Below, piece by piece: positions 8,358 through 17,443 of a stretch of DNA of 27,653 nucleotides (the first letter of the stretch is position 1; each line of letters opens with the position of its first letter). A program made the position numbers and the translations under genes. This DNA is from Prevotella sp. (GTDB lineage Bacteria > Bacteroidota > Bacteroidia > Bacteroidales > Dysgonomonadaceae). A model generated the notes under the pieces. It searched no databases and had not been told where the DNA came from. It saw only the letters and a list, made by a program, of their open reading frames with translations. Where the stretch lies: the NCBI GenBank assembly GCA_031285625.1, contig JAITVV010000088.1, positions 1 to 27,653 on the forward strand. Reading direction: 5' to 3'.

Positions 8358-8828
8358 ATGAAAAGATTAGTTTTAATCCTCACATGTGCATTATTAAGTG
8401 GTGCAATGTTTTATTCCTGTAAACCCAGTGATGAGAAATTACAAAAGCAAGTAGAAACAGTTCTTTCTACAGTTCAATCTTCTGTGACTGCTACAGTTAA
8501 AGATGGTGTTGCCACCCTTACCGGTACTGTTGAGTCCGAAGAAGCTAAAGCTGCTGCAGAGGCTGCTGTAAAGGCAGTAAAAGATATAAAATCTGTAACA
8601 AACAATATTGAAGTAAAGCTTCCTGTCGTTATTAATCCTGATGAAACCCTTTCAACTACTATTGCCAATGCTCTGACTACTGCCGGATTCAAGGATGTCA
8701 AACTGGCTGTTGATAGTGGTGTTGTTACATTAACAGGTGAGGCTAAAAAAGCAGATCTGCAAAAGATTATGCAAATAGCGAATGAAGCACAACCCAAGAA
8801 AGTTCTTAACCAATTAAAACTTAAATAA
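8358..8828 (+). CDS. Dual BON-domain lipoprotein
   Basis: Lipobox-like FYS|C21; two BON repeats (VKDGVATLTGTV..VKSVTNNIEV; VDSGVVTLTGE..KVLNQLKL). Confidence 0.88.
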   Translation: MKRLVLILTCALLSGAMFYSCKPSDEKLQKQVETVLSTVQSSVTATVKDGVATLTGTVESEEAKAAAEAAVKAVKDIKSVTNNIEVKLPVVINPDETLSTTIANALTTAGFKDVKLAVDSGVVTLTGEAKKADLQKIMQIANEAQPKKVLNQLKLK

Positions 8829-9197
8829 ATGAGCTTAAAAGATAAATATGCTAAACTGGTGCAATACGCACAAGCATCGAATGTAGAAAATCTATCCGTT
8901 GTAGAACAGGATAATGTTTTGTATGTTAATGGCTCGGCTACAAGTACCGTTAAAGAACGCATTTGGGCATTGTATGATGAAATTGATCCGGATATGCGTT
9001 CCGGCGATCTTGTTTTGAAAATAGATGTTATTTCCGGCGGAGAAGAGACTTATGAAGTAAAATCCGGAGATAGCCTTAGTAAAATTGCAAAGAAATATCC
9101 GGGGATGACATGGCAGAAAATATATGAAGCAAACAGAGATCAAATAAAAGACCCGAATATCATCCATCCGGGACAGAAACTTGTTATACCATCATAA
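8829..9197 (+). CDS. LysM-domain protein with BON-like N-terminus (Kbp/YgaU-like)
   Basis: C-terminal YEVKSGDSLSKIAK..WQKIYEANRDQIKDPNIIHPGQKLVIP; ATG directly follows the previous TAA. Confidence 0.9.
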   Translation: MSLKDKYAKLVQYAQASNVENLSVVEQDNVLYVNGSATSTVKERIWALYDEIDPDMRSGDLVLKIDVISGGEETYEVKSGDSLSKIAKKYPGMTWQKIYEANRDQIKDPNIIHPGQKLVIPS

Positions 9198-9212
9198 TCA
9201 GGTTTAAATATG

Positions 9213-9242
9213 AAAAAGACAGGTATCAATACCTGTCTTTTT
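9213..9242. terminator. Bidirectional intrinsic terminator between the LysM gene and tex
   Basis: AAAAAGACAGGTAT-ca-ATACCTGTCTTTTT between convergent genes. Confidence 0.85.
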
Positions 9243-9250
9243 ATTTTTGA

Positions 9251-11377
9251 TTATGCCATCTTCATCGACAACTGTACCCTTTTTCTGGCCAGATCGACAG
9301 ATAAGACTTTCACTTCTACATGCTGATGCAATGAAACAACCTCAGACGGATCTGAAACAAAACGATCAGCTAATTCCGATATATGCACCAGGCCGTTCTC
9401 TTTTATACCAACATCTACAAAGCAACCGAAGTTTGTAATATTGGTAACTATTCCCGGTAGACGCATTCCTTCGCGCAAATCTTCAATTGTCCTGATATTA
9501 GGATCGAATTCAAAAACTTTGATGCCCTTTCGCGGGTCGCGTCCGGGTTTGTCCAGTTCTTCTATTATATCATTTAGGGTAGGCAATCCTACTTTGTCGG
9601 ATATGTATTTATCCAAGCTAAGGGATTTCTTCAAATCTTTATTGTCTATCAATTCTTTAACCGTACATTTCAGGTCTTTAGCCATCTTCTCCACTACATG
9701 GTAACTTTCCGGATGGACAGCCGAATTATCAAGTGGATTTTCTGCACCGGCTATACGGAGAAACCCTGCACATTGTTCGAATGCTTTTTCGCCCATACGC
9801 GGAACCTTCATCAATTCCTTACGCGATTTAAATGCACCGTTTGTAGTACGGTAATCTACTATATTCTGAGCTAATACAGGTCCCAATCCCGATACATAGG
9901 TCAGGAGATGCTTGCTAGCCGTATTTACATTTACTCCCACCAGATTCACACAGCTCTCTACTGTCAGGTCCAGAGAGTTTTTCAATTTGGTCTGATCCAC
10001 ATCATGCTGGTATTGTCCTACACCTATCGATTTGGGATCTATCTTTACCAGTTCGGCCAAAGGATCCATCAGACGCCGGCCTATAGACACTGCTCCCCTT
10101 ACGGTCACGTCATAATCAGGAAACTCTTCACGCGCTGTTTTAGAAGCCGAGTAAATAGATGCACCGTTTTCGCTTACAACAAATACCTGTACTTGTTTTT
10201 CATAGCGGAGATTTGTTATAAACCGTTCTGTTTCGCGGCTTGCGGTTCCATTACCTATTGCTATGGCATCTATATTATATGTTGTTACCAGTTTCACTAC
10301 TTTATTTCCGGCTTTCGATGTCTCATTTTGTGGGGGATGGGGATAAATTGTCTCGTTATGAATCAGGTTTCCTTCAGCATCCAGACACACCAGTTTACAG
10401 CCTGTGCGGTATCCCGGATCGATACCTAAAACTCTCTTTTCGCCTAAAGGTGGAGCAAGCAGCAATTGTCTTAGGTTTTCAGTAAAAACATGTATTGAAT
10501 CTTCATCGGCTTTCTCCTTCGATATAGCACTGAATTCCGTTTCAATAGATGGCTTTAATAAGCGCTTATAAGAATCTTCGATTGCATCGGCCACATAGTT
10601 GGTAGCTTCATTATCGTTATCTCCCTTAAGAAAACGCTTATCCAGTCTTTCGAGTGCCGTATCTTCGTCAGGTGCAATATTTACCCGCAAGAAACCCTCC
10701 GATTCACCTCTTCTTATGGCAAGTATTCTGTGAGAAGGGACTTTGCTTAACTTCTCGGAGAAATCGAAATAATCCCTGTATTTATCGCCCTCTTCCTCTT
10801 TACCTTTCACCAACTTTGAGGTAATAACAGCCTCACGTTGAAAAATATTTCGTATTGCATTACGGGCATATTCATCCTCATTTATTTGTTCGGCAATAAT
10901 ATCACACGCTCCTGAAATCGCCTCTTTTACATCTTTCACATCACCCTTTACATAAGCCATGGCTTTGGATTCCACATCAATCTTCTGTTGAAGCATAATC
11001 AGATTTGCCAGAGGCTCCAAACCCTTTTTACGGGCTATTTCGGCACGTGTCTGACGTTTTGGCTTATAGGGGAGGTAGATATCTTCCAGTTCGGAAGAAG
11101 TCCAGCAATTTTCAATACGGGCTTTCAGTTCCAGTGTGAGTTTTTCCTGTTCATCTATCGATTTTAAGATAGTTTCCTTACGCTTTACCAGCTCATTCAG
11201 TTTGTCATTCTGCTCTTTTATTGCAGCTATCTGAACTTCATCCAGGCCTCCTGTTACTTCCTTGCGGTAACGGCTGATAAAAGGGATTGTAGCACCCGAT
11301 TCAAGTAGTTCAACGGTCTTTGCTATCTGAGATTCTTTAATATTTAATGCCGAAGCTATTAAAGCTGTTATTGCCAT
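9251..11377 (-). CDS. tex: Tex family RNA-binding transcription accessory protein (S1 domain)
   Basis: GATIPFISRYRKEVTGGLDE, LGIDPGYRTGCK, GASIYSAS, DPKSIGVGQYQHDV and C-terminal S1; start moved from TTG 11419 to ATG 11377 (MAITALIAS). Confidence 0.96.
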   Translation of the reverse strand: MAITALIASALNIKESQIAKTVELLESGATIPFISRYRKEVTGGLDEVQIAAIKEQNDKLNELVKRKETILKSIDEQEKLTLELKARIENCWTSSELEDIYLPYKPKRQTRAEIARKKGLEPLANLIMLQQKIDVESKAMAYVKGDVKDVKEAISGACDIIAEQINEDEYARNAIRNIFQREAVITSKLVKGKEEEGDKYRDYFDFSEKLSKVPSHRILAIRRGESEGFLRVNIAPDEDTALERLDKRFLKGDNDNEATNYVADAIEDSYKRLLKPSIETEFSAISKEKADEDSIHVFTENLRQLLLAPPLGEKRVLGIDPGYRTGCKLVCLDAEGNLIHNETIYPHPPQNETSKAGNKVVKLVTTYNIDAIAIGNGTASRETERFITNLRYEKQVQVFVVSENGASIYSASKTAREEFPDYDVTVRGAVSIGRRLMDPLAELVKIDPKSIGVGQYQHDVDQTKLKNSLDLTVESCVNLVGVNVNTASKHLLTYVSGLGPVLAQNIVDYRTTNGAFKSRKELMKVPRMGEKAFEQCAGFLRIAGAENPLDNSAVHPESYHVVEKMAKDLKCTVKELIDNKDLKKSLSLDKYISDKVGLPTLNDIIEELDKPGRDPRKGIKVFEFDPNIRTIEDLREGMRLPGIVTNITNFGCFVDVGIKENGLVHISELADRFVSDPSEVVSLHQHVEVKVLSVDLARKRVQLSMKMA

Positions 11378-11492
11378 AGTTTTAATATTATCAGTTCTAA
11401 AAAGTAACAAAAGTAACAACTTTTAGCCATTATTTTAGTGTAACTTTCTTTTTATTCACTCCTTTAGTTTAGTCTTATGTATAGATAAATAT

Positions 11493-11531
11493 TAATAAAA
11501 AAGCCCGCTGAAATCAGCAGGCTTTTTATTA
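11493..11531 (-). terminator. Intrinsic terminator after the ECF sigma gene
   Basis: Minus strand AAAAAGCCTGCTGA-tt-TCAGCGGGCTTTTTT. Confidence 0.85.
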
Positions 11532-11553
11532 TCAAAATTAGTAATAACTAAGT

Positions 11554-12090
11554 TTATTCCCTATCCTGAAATTTGTAATCGGCTAATAATTCCTGAAGAC
11601 GCTTTCTTGCAAAGAAAATACGGCTCTTTACTGTACCAATCGGTAATCCCAGTTGTTGAGCTATCTCTTCATATTTATAGCCTGAAACATGCATAGAGAA
11701 AGGGACTTTATATTCATCCGAAAAGCTGTTTATAACTTTTACTATTTCGGCAACAGTATAAGCTCCTTCCGGTGTATCAAAACCGGAGTCCTGAGGCATA
11801 TTCAGATGATATAGGTTTTCAGTCTGGTCTATCATTGTCTGGCTACGAACCACCCGACGGTAATTATTCACAAATATATTGTGCATAATAGTAAATACCC
11901 AGCCTTTAAAATTAACATTTTCGTAATACTTTTCTTTATTATCTAATGCTCTGAGAGTGGTTTCTTGTAACAGATCTTTAGCTTCCTCCCTGTTTGAAGT
12001 TAGGGTAAGAGCAAAATTCAACATGTTGTTCTGCAAGTCTATCAACTTGTCTTCGAATCCTTTCTGCGTGTTATCTAGTGCTGCCATCAT
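11554..12090 (-). CDS. ECF-type RNA polymerase sigma-70 factor
   Basis: Region 2 (AKDLLQET, FKGWVFTIMHN.FVN.YRR) and region 4 (GYKYEEIA..LGLPIGTVKSRIFFARK.L). Confidence 0.93.
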   Translation of the reverse strand: MMAALDNTQKGFEDKLIDLQNNMLNFALTLTSNREEAKDLLQETTLRALDNKEKYYENVNFKGWVFTIMHNIFVNNYRRVVRSQTMIDQTENLYHLNMPQDSGFDTPEGAYTVAEIVKVINSFSDEYKVPFSMHVSGYKYEEIAQQLGLPIGTVKSRIFFARKRLQELLADYKFQDRE

Positions 12091-12201
12091 TATTTTTATA
12101 TTTAGTTGGCTAATCGTGTTAATTTATTATAGTTCTTACTATGAGCAATTTTTAAACAACTCTTTGTTTTTCAACTATATGTTTTATGTCTTTTGCTTAA
12201 A

Positions 12202-12209
12202 CAAAGGTA
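12202..12209 (-). promoter_or_regulatory. -7 promoter element for the ECF sigma gene
   Basis: Minus strand TACCTTTG about 110 nt upstream of the start. Confidence 0.5.
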
Positions 12210-12415
12210 CTTACTTTTTTGAATTTAACTAAAAAAAAATACCTCTGGTGAATCCGAAATGTTAAATTAGATAAATCGTATTGTTAAATGATTGTTTTAT
12301 AGAATTTTAAAATAGTATTAAAATACAGAAATGATATATAAATTATATCTATTGAGAGAAAGGCCTAATCGAATTAGCCTTATAGATCGCGACAAAATGT
12401 CATTCATTCATTTTT

Positions 12416-12430
12416 TGGCATTTATTTTGT
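12416..12430 (+). promoter_or_regulatory. Sigma54-like -24/-12 promoter upstream of htpG
   Basis: TGGCATTTATTTTGT: GG-N10-G(T), versus consensus TGGCAC-N5-TTGC. Confidence 0.5.
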
Positions 12431-12476
12431 CTTAACAGGTATCAGTAACAAATATAAAAAATAAAATTGATATAAT

Positions 12477-14366
12477 ATGGAAAAAAAAGGTAAAATTGGG
12501 GTTACGACAGATAATATCTTCCCCATCATTAAGAAGTTCTTATACAGTGACCATGAGATTTTTTTACGCGAATTGGTATCCAATGCTGTAGATGCCACAC
12601 AAAAGCTGAAAACATATTCTTCTCTGGGCGAGTTTAAGGGGGAACTTGGAAACCTGGCTGTAAGTGTATCTGTAGATAAAGATAAGGGTACTCTTACCAT
12701 TTCAGACAGGGGGATTGGTATGACCAGCGAAGAGATTGACAAATATATCAACCAAATAGCCTTTTCTTCAGCTAATGAATTCCTAGATAAATATAAGACT
12801 GATGCCAATTCTATTATAGGTCATTTCGGGCTGGGCTTTTACTCTTCTTTTATGGTCTCTAAAAAAGTAGAAATTGTTACTAAATCTTTTAAGGAAGATT
12901 CTCAGGCTGTAAAATGGAGCTGTGACGGCTCTCCTGAATTTACAATAGAACCCGTTGAAAAAGCCGAAAGAGGAACAGATATCATATTATATATTGATGA
13001 CGAGAATAAGAATTTCTTAGAAAAAGCCGAAATAGATAAGCTATTGAAGAAATATTGCCGCTTCCTGCCGGTTCCTATTGTATTTGGAAAGAAGACAGAA
13101 TGGATAGACGGTAAATCTGAGGAAACAGATGAAGATAATGTAATAAATGATACAAATCCGCTTTGGACACGCAAGCCTGCCGATCTGAAAGATGAAGATT
13201 ATAAGAAGTTCTATCAGGAATTATATCCGTTTTCTGACGAACCTATGTTTTGGATTCATCTGAATGTAGATTACCCTTTCAAATTGACAGGTATCTTATA
13301 CTTTCCACAAGTAAAGAGCAACATCGACCTTAATAGAAATAAAATACAACTATATAGTAACCAGGTGTTTGTTACAGATTCGGTAGAAGGTATTGTTCCT
13401 GAATTCTTAACATTGATGCATGGTGTTCTTGATTCGCCGGATATCCCGCTGAATGTTTCCCGTTCGTATTTGCAAAGCGATCATAATGTGAAGAAGATAT
13501 CTAACCATATCACAAAAAAAGTAGCTGACCGCTTGGAAGAGATTTTCAAGAATGACCGTACTCAGTTCGAAGAAAAATGGGATAGTCTTAAACTGTTTGT
13601 AGAATATGGTATGCTTACAGATGAAAAGTTCTATGAACGTGCTCAGAAATTCTGTTTGTTGAAAAATACTGATGGTAAGGTCTTCACCTTTGAAGAATAC
13701 AAGACCCTTATATCTTCTGATCAGACCGATAAGGATGGAAATCTGATCTATTTGTATGCAAGTAATAAAGAGGAGCAGTATTCATATATAAGTACAGCCA
13801 CAAACAAAGGCTATGATGTCATTTTGTTTGATGGACAATTGGATGTTCATATGGCCGGACTATTAGAACAGAAATTCGAGAAAAGCCGTTTTGTGCGGGT
13901 TGATAGCGATACAATTGATAACCTTATCCTGAAAGAAGATAGCAAAGAAGTAAAATTAACTGATAAACAAAAAGAAGAGCTGAGTGAAGTATTTACATCT
14001 CAACTGCCTAAAATAGATAAAACAGAATTTACAATCGACTATAAGGCACTGGATAAAAAATCTCAACCGGTGCAGATCACTCAGAACGAGTTTATGCGCC
14101 GAATGAAAGAAATGTCTGCTATGCAATCCGGAATGGGTATTTATGGAGAAATGCCTAACAATTATAATCTGGTACTGAATATTGAACATCCTTTCATTAA
14201 ACAGTTGATGACAGATGTAGAAGGTAAAGATAAGGATGCAATTGACGTTTATGCAGGAGAGAATACCAAGGTTCGTCAACTAATTGATTTAGCATTATTG
14301 TCTAACGGCATGCTTAAAGGCGAAGCTCTTAATAACTTTGTAAAAAGAAATATCGATAGTATTTAA
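12477..14366 (+). CDS. htpG: Molecular chaperone HtpG (Hsp90)
   Basis: LYSDHEIFLRELVSNA.DA, DRGIGMT, IGHFGLGFYSSFMV and DSPDIPLNVSR motifs. Confidence 0.97.
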   Translation: MEKKGKIGVTTDNIFPIIKKFLYSDHEIFLRELVSNAVDATQKLKTYSSLGEFKGELGNLAVSVSVDKDKGTLTISDRGIGMTSEEIDKYINQIAFSSANEFLDKYKTDANSIIGHFGLGFYSSFMVSKKVEIVTKSFKEDSQAVKWSCDGSPEFTIEPVEKAERGTDIILYIDDENKNFLEKAEIDKLLKKYCRFLPVPIVFGKKTEWIDGKSEETDEDNVINDTNPLWTRKPADLKDEDYKKFYQELYPFSDEPMFWIHLNVDYPFKLTGILYFPQVKSNIDLNRNKIQLYSNQVFVTDSVEGIVPEFLTLMHGVLDSPDIPLNVSRSYLQSDHNVKKISNHITKKVADRLEEIFKNDRTQFEEKWDSLKLFVEYGMLTDEKFYERAQKFCLLKNTDGKVFTFEEYKTLISSDQTDKDGNLIYLYASNKEEQYSYISTATNKGYDVILFDGQLDVHMAGLLEQKFEKSRFVRVDSDTIDNLILKEDSKEVKLTDKQKEELSEVFTSQLPKIDKTEFTIDYKALDKKSQPVQITQNEFMRRMKEMSAMQSGMGIYGEMPNNYNLVLNIEHPFIKQLMTDVEGKDKDAIDVYAGENTKVRQLIDLALLSNGMLKGEALNNFVKRNIDSI

Positions 14367-14386
14367 TAGTTTAGAGTAAGTGAATT

Positions 14387-14414
14387 AAGATCCGGAATTT
14401 ATATTCCGGATCTT
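14387..14414. terminator. Hairpin between convergent htpG and the SGNH-like gene, overlapping the latter's last codons
   Basis: AAGATCCGGAAT-ttat-ATTCCGGATCTT followed by T-rich sequence on +. Confidence 0.7.
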
Positions 14415-15424
14415 TTATTTTTATAGATGATATTCATAATACTATCGCCTACACCCGGTCTGAAATGGAATCTGTCATAATAATTTTGTCGAGGTTCTGT
14501 CAGGCTATTTTTTCCTGAAAAGTCGTAAATATGGCTTTCACCAAATATTCCATTAAGAGTTATGATATCTTCATTATTTATTTTCAACTGATTGTATAAC
14601 GGATTAATGATAATTCTGTAATTGGTATTATTCTTTATTAAGATACGCTTAATCCCTTCAAACATTTTCTTTTGGTCTTCATCTATCTGTACATCTTGTA
14701 TTTCTTCATTTCCCGTTCTTTCATAAAACCAGCTTGAATGGAAGTAATCCGGATCATTTTTTATCTGCTCTTCAAGATTCGGGCTATTCAGCCAATTTTC
14801 AGGATATTTGATCTCCATCACTCTCTTTGATTGCTTTGATTGCACAAGGCTATTGCTTATTCCTGTAAAGTGATGAATATAATATGGTATAAAGAACTGA
14901 GGATGTATATATCCACCAAGGTGACCTAACTGAAAAGATGCTCTTTCGCAAAAGCTATTACCCAATAGGATAGGGGACTTCCTGTAAAGATATGCCCCAT
15001 CACCTTTATTGGTAAGGAAGAAATGTTTATCAGTATCGATTAGTATCAGCGCATTGTTTATCGGGATTTGTAAAGAGTCCAGTAACATCATTTTCTTATA
15101 TATTCCAAACAGTGTTTCACTGTATGCATCATAAGAAAATACATTTGCCTGATCCCCCAGATATGTTTTCCATGATTCGGGCTTATATCCCATGGCGTGC
15201 GAACTGCCCAATATAAAAGAGTTGTAACCTTCTTTAGTATAATTATTTAATAAAGTTTCTGTCGATATATAGTCTCTGTTCAGGTTTATTTCGGCAATAG
15301 AATATGTATCGTATTTATATAAGACTTTCAGAGGGTCCAGCAAAGCATAGCCAATCAGCAGCAATACAATAATGATTGCAGGAATGATAGAGAATATAGC
15401 TAGCCTTTTAAGTAAATATTTCAT
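14399..15424 (-). CDS. Membrane-anchored SGNH-like protein (DltD/AlgJ/PatB-like acyl-relay partner)
   Basis: N-terminal TM anchor, ILGSS (candidate catalytic Ser) and C-terminal YDRFH (DxxH); 3 nt downstream of the MBOAT gene. Confidence 0.7.
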   Translation of the reverse strand: MKYLLKRLAIFSIIPAIIIVLLLIGYALLDPLKVLYKYDTYSIAEINLNRDYISTETLLNNYTKEGYNSFILGSSHAMGYKPESWKTYLGDQANVFSYDAYSETLFGIYKKMMLLDSLQIPINNALILIDTDKHFFLTNKGDGAYLYRKSPILLGNSFCERASFQLGHLGGYIHPQFFIPYYIHHFTGISNSLVQSKQSKRVMEIKYPENWLNSPNLEEQIKNDPDYFHSSWFYERTGNEEIQDVQIDEDQKKMFEGIKRILIKNNTNYRIIINPLYNQLKINNEDIITLNGIFGESHIYDFSGKNSLTEPRQNYYDRFHFRPGVGDSIMNIIYKNKRSGI

Positions 15425-15427
15425 AGC

Positions 15428-16867
15428 CTAGAATTGAAAATATATAAATTGCTGTTGATCATCATTCGAGAAATAAAGAATAAAAATTATAATTGCATAG
15501 TACAGCATCCACCGATAATATGTTTTCCATCTTATTCCTATGTTTTCTATTGCATATCTGTCTCTCCGCCCGATCCATTCTGTGATAAAAAATAGAAGTA
15601 TGATTAATACAATATTTCCCGAAAAAAGATCGGGCTTTGTAAATAATGTATTTGAAAAGATATTGCTTATGTATACAAATGCATTCTCTAATGTCTCACA
15701 CCTGAAAAATATCCAGGAGAAGGTTGCCAGAGAGAATGTAAGTGCTATTTGCAGCGTTTCTTTTATTCGGGGCATAGTCCTGTCTTTTGCAACTATGTCA
15801 ATATAGTTCCGGTTTGTTTTCCACAATATAGAAGGTAGTATATACAATGCGTTCAACAATCCCCAAAACAGGAATGTCCAGTTAGCACCATGCCAGAGCC
15901 CGCTAATAAGAAATATAATAAAAATATTACGGACTGTTCTATATATCCCATTGCGGCTACCTCCCAGCGGAATGTATAGGTAATCCCGAAACCATGAAGT
16001 GAGCGATATATGCCAGCGTCTCCAGAATTCCGCAATATTCCGCGAGAAATATGGATAGCGGAAATTGTTTAGAATATCGAAGCCCAACAGTCGGGCAATG
16101 CCAATAGCCATATCGGAATACCCTGAGAAATCTGCATATATCTGTATCGAAAACAGAATGGCTCCCAACAGATAAGTACTTCCAGAGTATGGTTCTTGTC
16201 CGGCAAATATAGGGTTGACAAGGCTTGCACAACTATCAGCGATTACTATTTTCTTAAATAATCCCCACAATATTTGTTTCAGCCCGTCTATTGTTTTTGA
16301 ATAATTGAATGTCCTGCTTTTTTCTATTTGGGGTATGAGGTGTGTTGCTCTTTCTATTGGGCCGGCAATAAGTAATGGAAAGAATGATATAAATATGGAA
16401 TAATCGATAAAACTAGCTGTCGGATTTATCTTTTTGTTATATACATCTAATACATAAGACAGACCATGGAAAGTATAAAAAGAAATACCTAAAGGCAGAA
16501 TAATAGACAAGGTGGTAAGGTGCGGATTAAAACCGATCAGTGCTACCAGATCGGAAAAGGATATGATAAAGAAGTTGAAATATTTAAATAAAAATAATAG
16601 CGATAATAATCCTGTAATACCGATCACCAACCACCTTTTGCGTGCTTTATTACTTTTTACCTTTTCTATTTGTATACCGCACAAATAACCAATTATAGTA
16701 GATGCAAATAGTAAAGCGAGGAAACGATAGTCCCAAAAGGCATAGAAGATATAACTAACTGCAAATAAAAGTGTATTCTGGCCTTTCAGATTTTTCTTGA
16801 ACGCAAACCAATACAGAACGTAAACTAATATAAGGAATATAGCGAACTGTATGGAGTTGAAAAGCAT
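15428..16867 (-). CDS. MBOAT O-acyltransferase, AlgI/DltB/PatA type
   Basis: MLFNS, FKYFNFF, LPLGISFYTF, AGPIER, YADFSGYSD.A, FWRRWHISL, GLWHGA (catalytic His) and terminal FIYFQF. Confidence 0.95.
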   Translation of the reverse strand: MLFNSIQFAIFLILVYVLYWFAFKKNLKGQNTLLFAVSYIFYAFWDYRFLALLFASTIIGYLCGIQIEKVKSNKARKRWLVIGITGLLSLLFLFKYFNFFIISFSDLVALIGFNPHLTTLSIILPLGISFYTFHGLSYVLDVYNKKINPTASFIDYSIFISFFPLLIAGPIERATHLIPQIEKSRTFNYSKTIDGLKQILWGLFKKIVIADSCASLVNPIFAGQEPYSGSTYLLGAILFSIQIYADFSGYSDMAIGIARLLGFDILNNFRYPYFSRNIAEFWRRWHISLTSWFRDYLYIPLGGSRNGIYRTVRNIFIIFLISGLWHGANWTFLFWGLLNALYILPSILWKTNRNYIDIVAKDRTMPRIKETLQIALTFSLATFSWIFFRCETLENAFVYISNIFSNTLFTKPDLFSGNIVLIILLFFITEWIGRRDRYAIENIGIRWKTYYRWMLYYAIIIFILYFSNDDQQQFIYFQF

Positions 16868-16891
16868 GTTTATCCGGAATGTTTATAAAGG

Positions 16892-16899
16892 CAAATGTA
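16892..16899 (-). promoter_or_regulatory. -7 promoter element for the MBOAT operon
   Basis: Minus strand TACATTTG(C) 24 nt upstream of the ATG. Confidence 0.65.
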
Positions 16900-16932
16900 T
16901 AATTAAAAATAGAAATATGAATAAGTTTATCC

Positions 16933-17340
16933 TTAGATGTTTACCTGATTCTTATTAATAATATCCATTACAATAATATTATCTGCATAAACTTGCCATT
17001 GTTTGATCCGATCATTCAGGATGATAGCAGTCCATGCGGCAGGGATTCTCCAATAATTGCTATTGTCTTTATCTGTGAGATTTTTATATGTCCCACTGGC
17101 ATATCCAAGAAGGCATATAAGTGTATTTTTATGGAGGATTTCATCTATTTCTATTTTATAATCCGGAAACATTGTAAAATAATCTATCCAGGATTGTTTC
17201 ATATTATCCTTTCCAAATATCTTGTTATTGTGAGCATCAATAAACATGTGGTCATCTGCCATCAAGTCGTATAGCTTCTCTATATTTCCTGTATTAATGG
17301 CCTGTACATAATCTAAAGTTATATCTGTAAATGTTTTCAT
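16933..17340 (-). CDS. NTF2-like / SnoaL-like family protein
   Basis: YVQAINTGNIEKLYDLMADD..FID...GKD...W..YFTMFPDY pattern and C-terminal I..WQVYAD. Confidence 0.8.
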   Translation of the reverse strand: MKTFTDITLDYVQAINTGNIEKLYDLMADDHMFIDAHNNKIFGKDNMKQSWIDYFTMFPDYKIEIDEILHKNTLICLLGYASGTYKNLTDKDNSNYWRIPAAWTAIILNDRIKQWQVYADNIIVMDIINKNQVNI

Positions 17341-17391
17341 AGTCTTTCTATATCTATACTCTATAAAGGTAAAAGCTATATTGTAATATAC

Positions 17392-17424
17392 AAAAAACAG
17401 CCTTGAATAATTTAAGACTGTTTT
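17392..17424 (-). terminator. Probable terminator after the 156-aa lipoprotein gene
   Basis: Minus strand AAAACAGTCTTAAA-tta-TTCAAGGCTGTTTTTT with G-U pairs. Confidence 0.65.
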
Positions 17425-17443
17425 CCTTATATATTTTATATTT

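Noticed and set aside
11378-11419. N-terminal extension of Tex and the AAAAGTAAC tandem repeat
   Set aside because: The segment contains a TACTTTTG -7 element on the minus strand, so it is more likely promoter than coding sequence
14390-16880. 9-bp direct repeat ATCCGGAAT flanking the MBOAT/SGNH pair (14390-14398 and 16872-16880)
   Set aside because: ATCCGGA is frequent throughout the window, the operon's promoter lies outside the repeat, and no mobility gene is present
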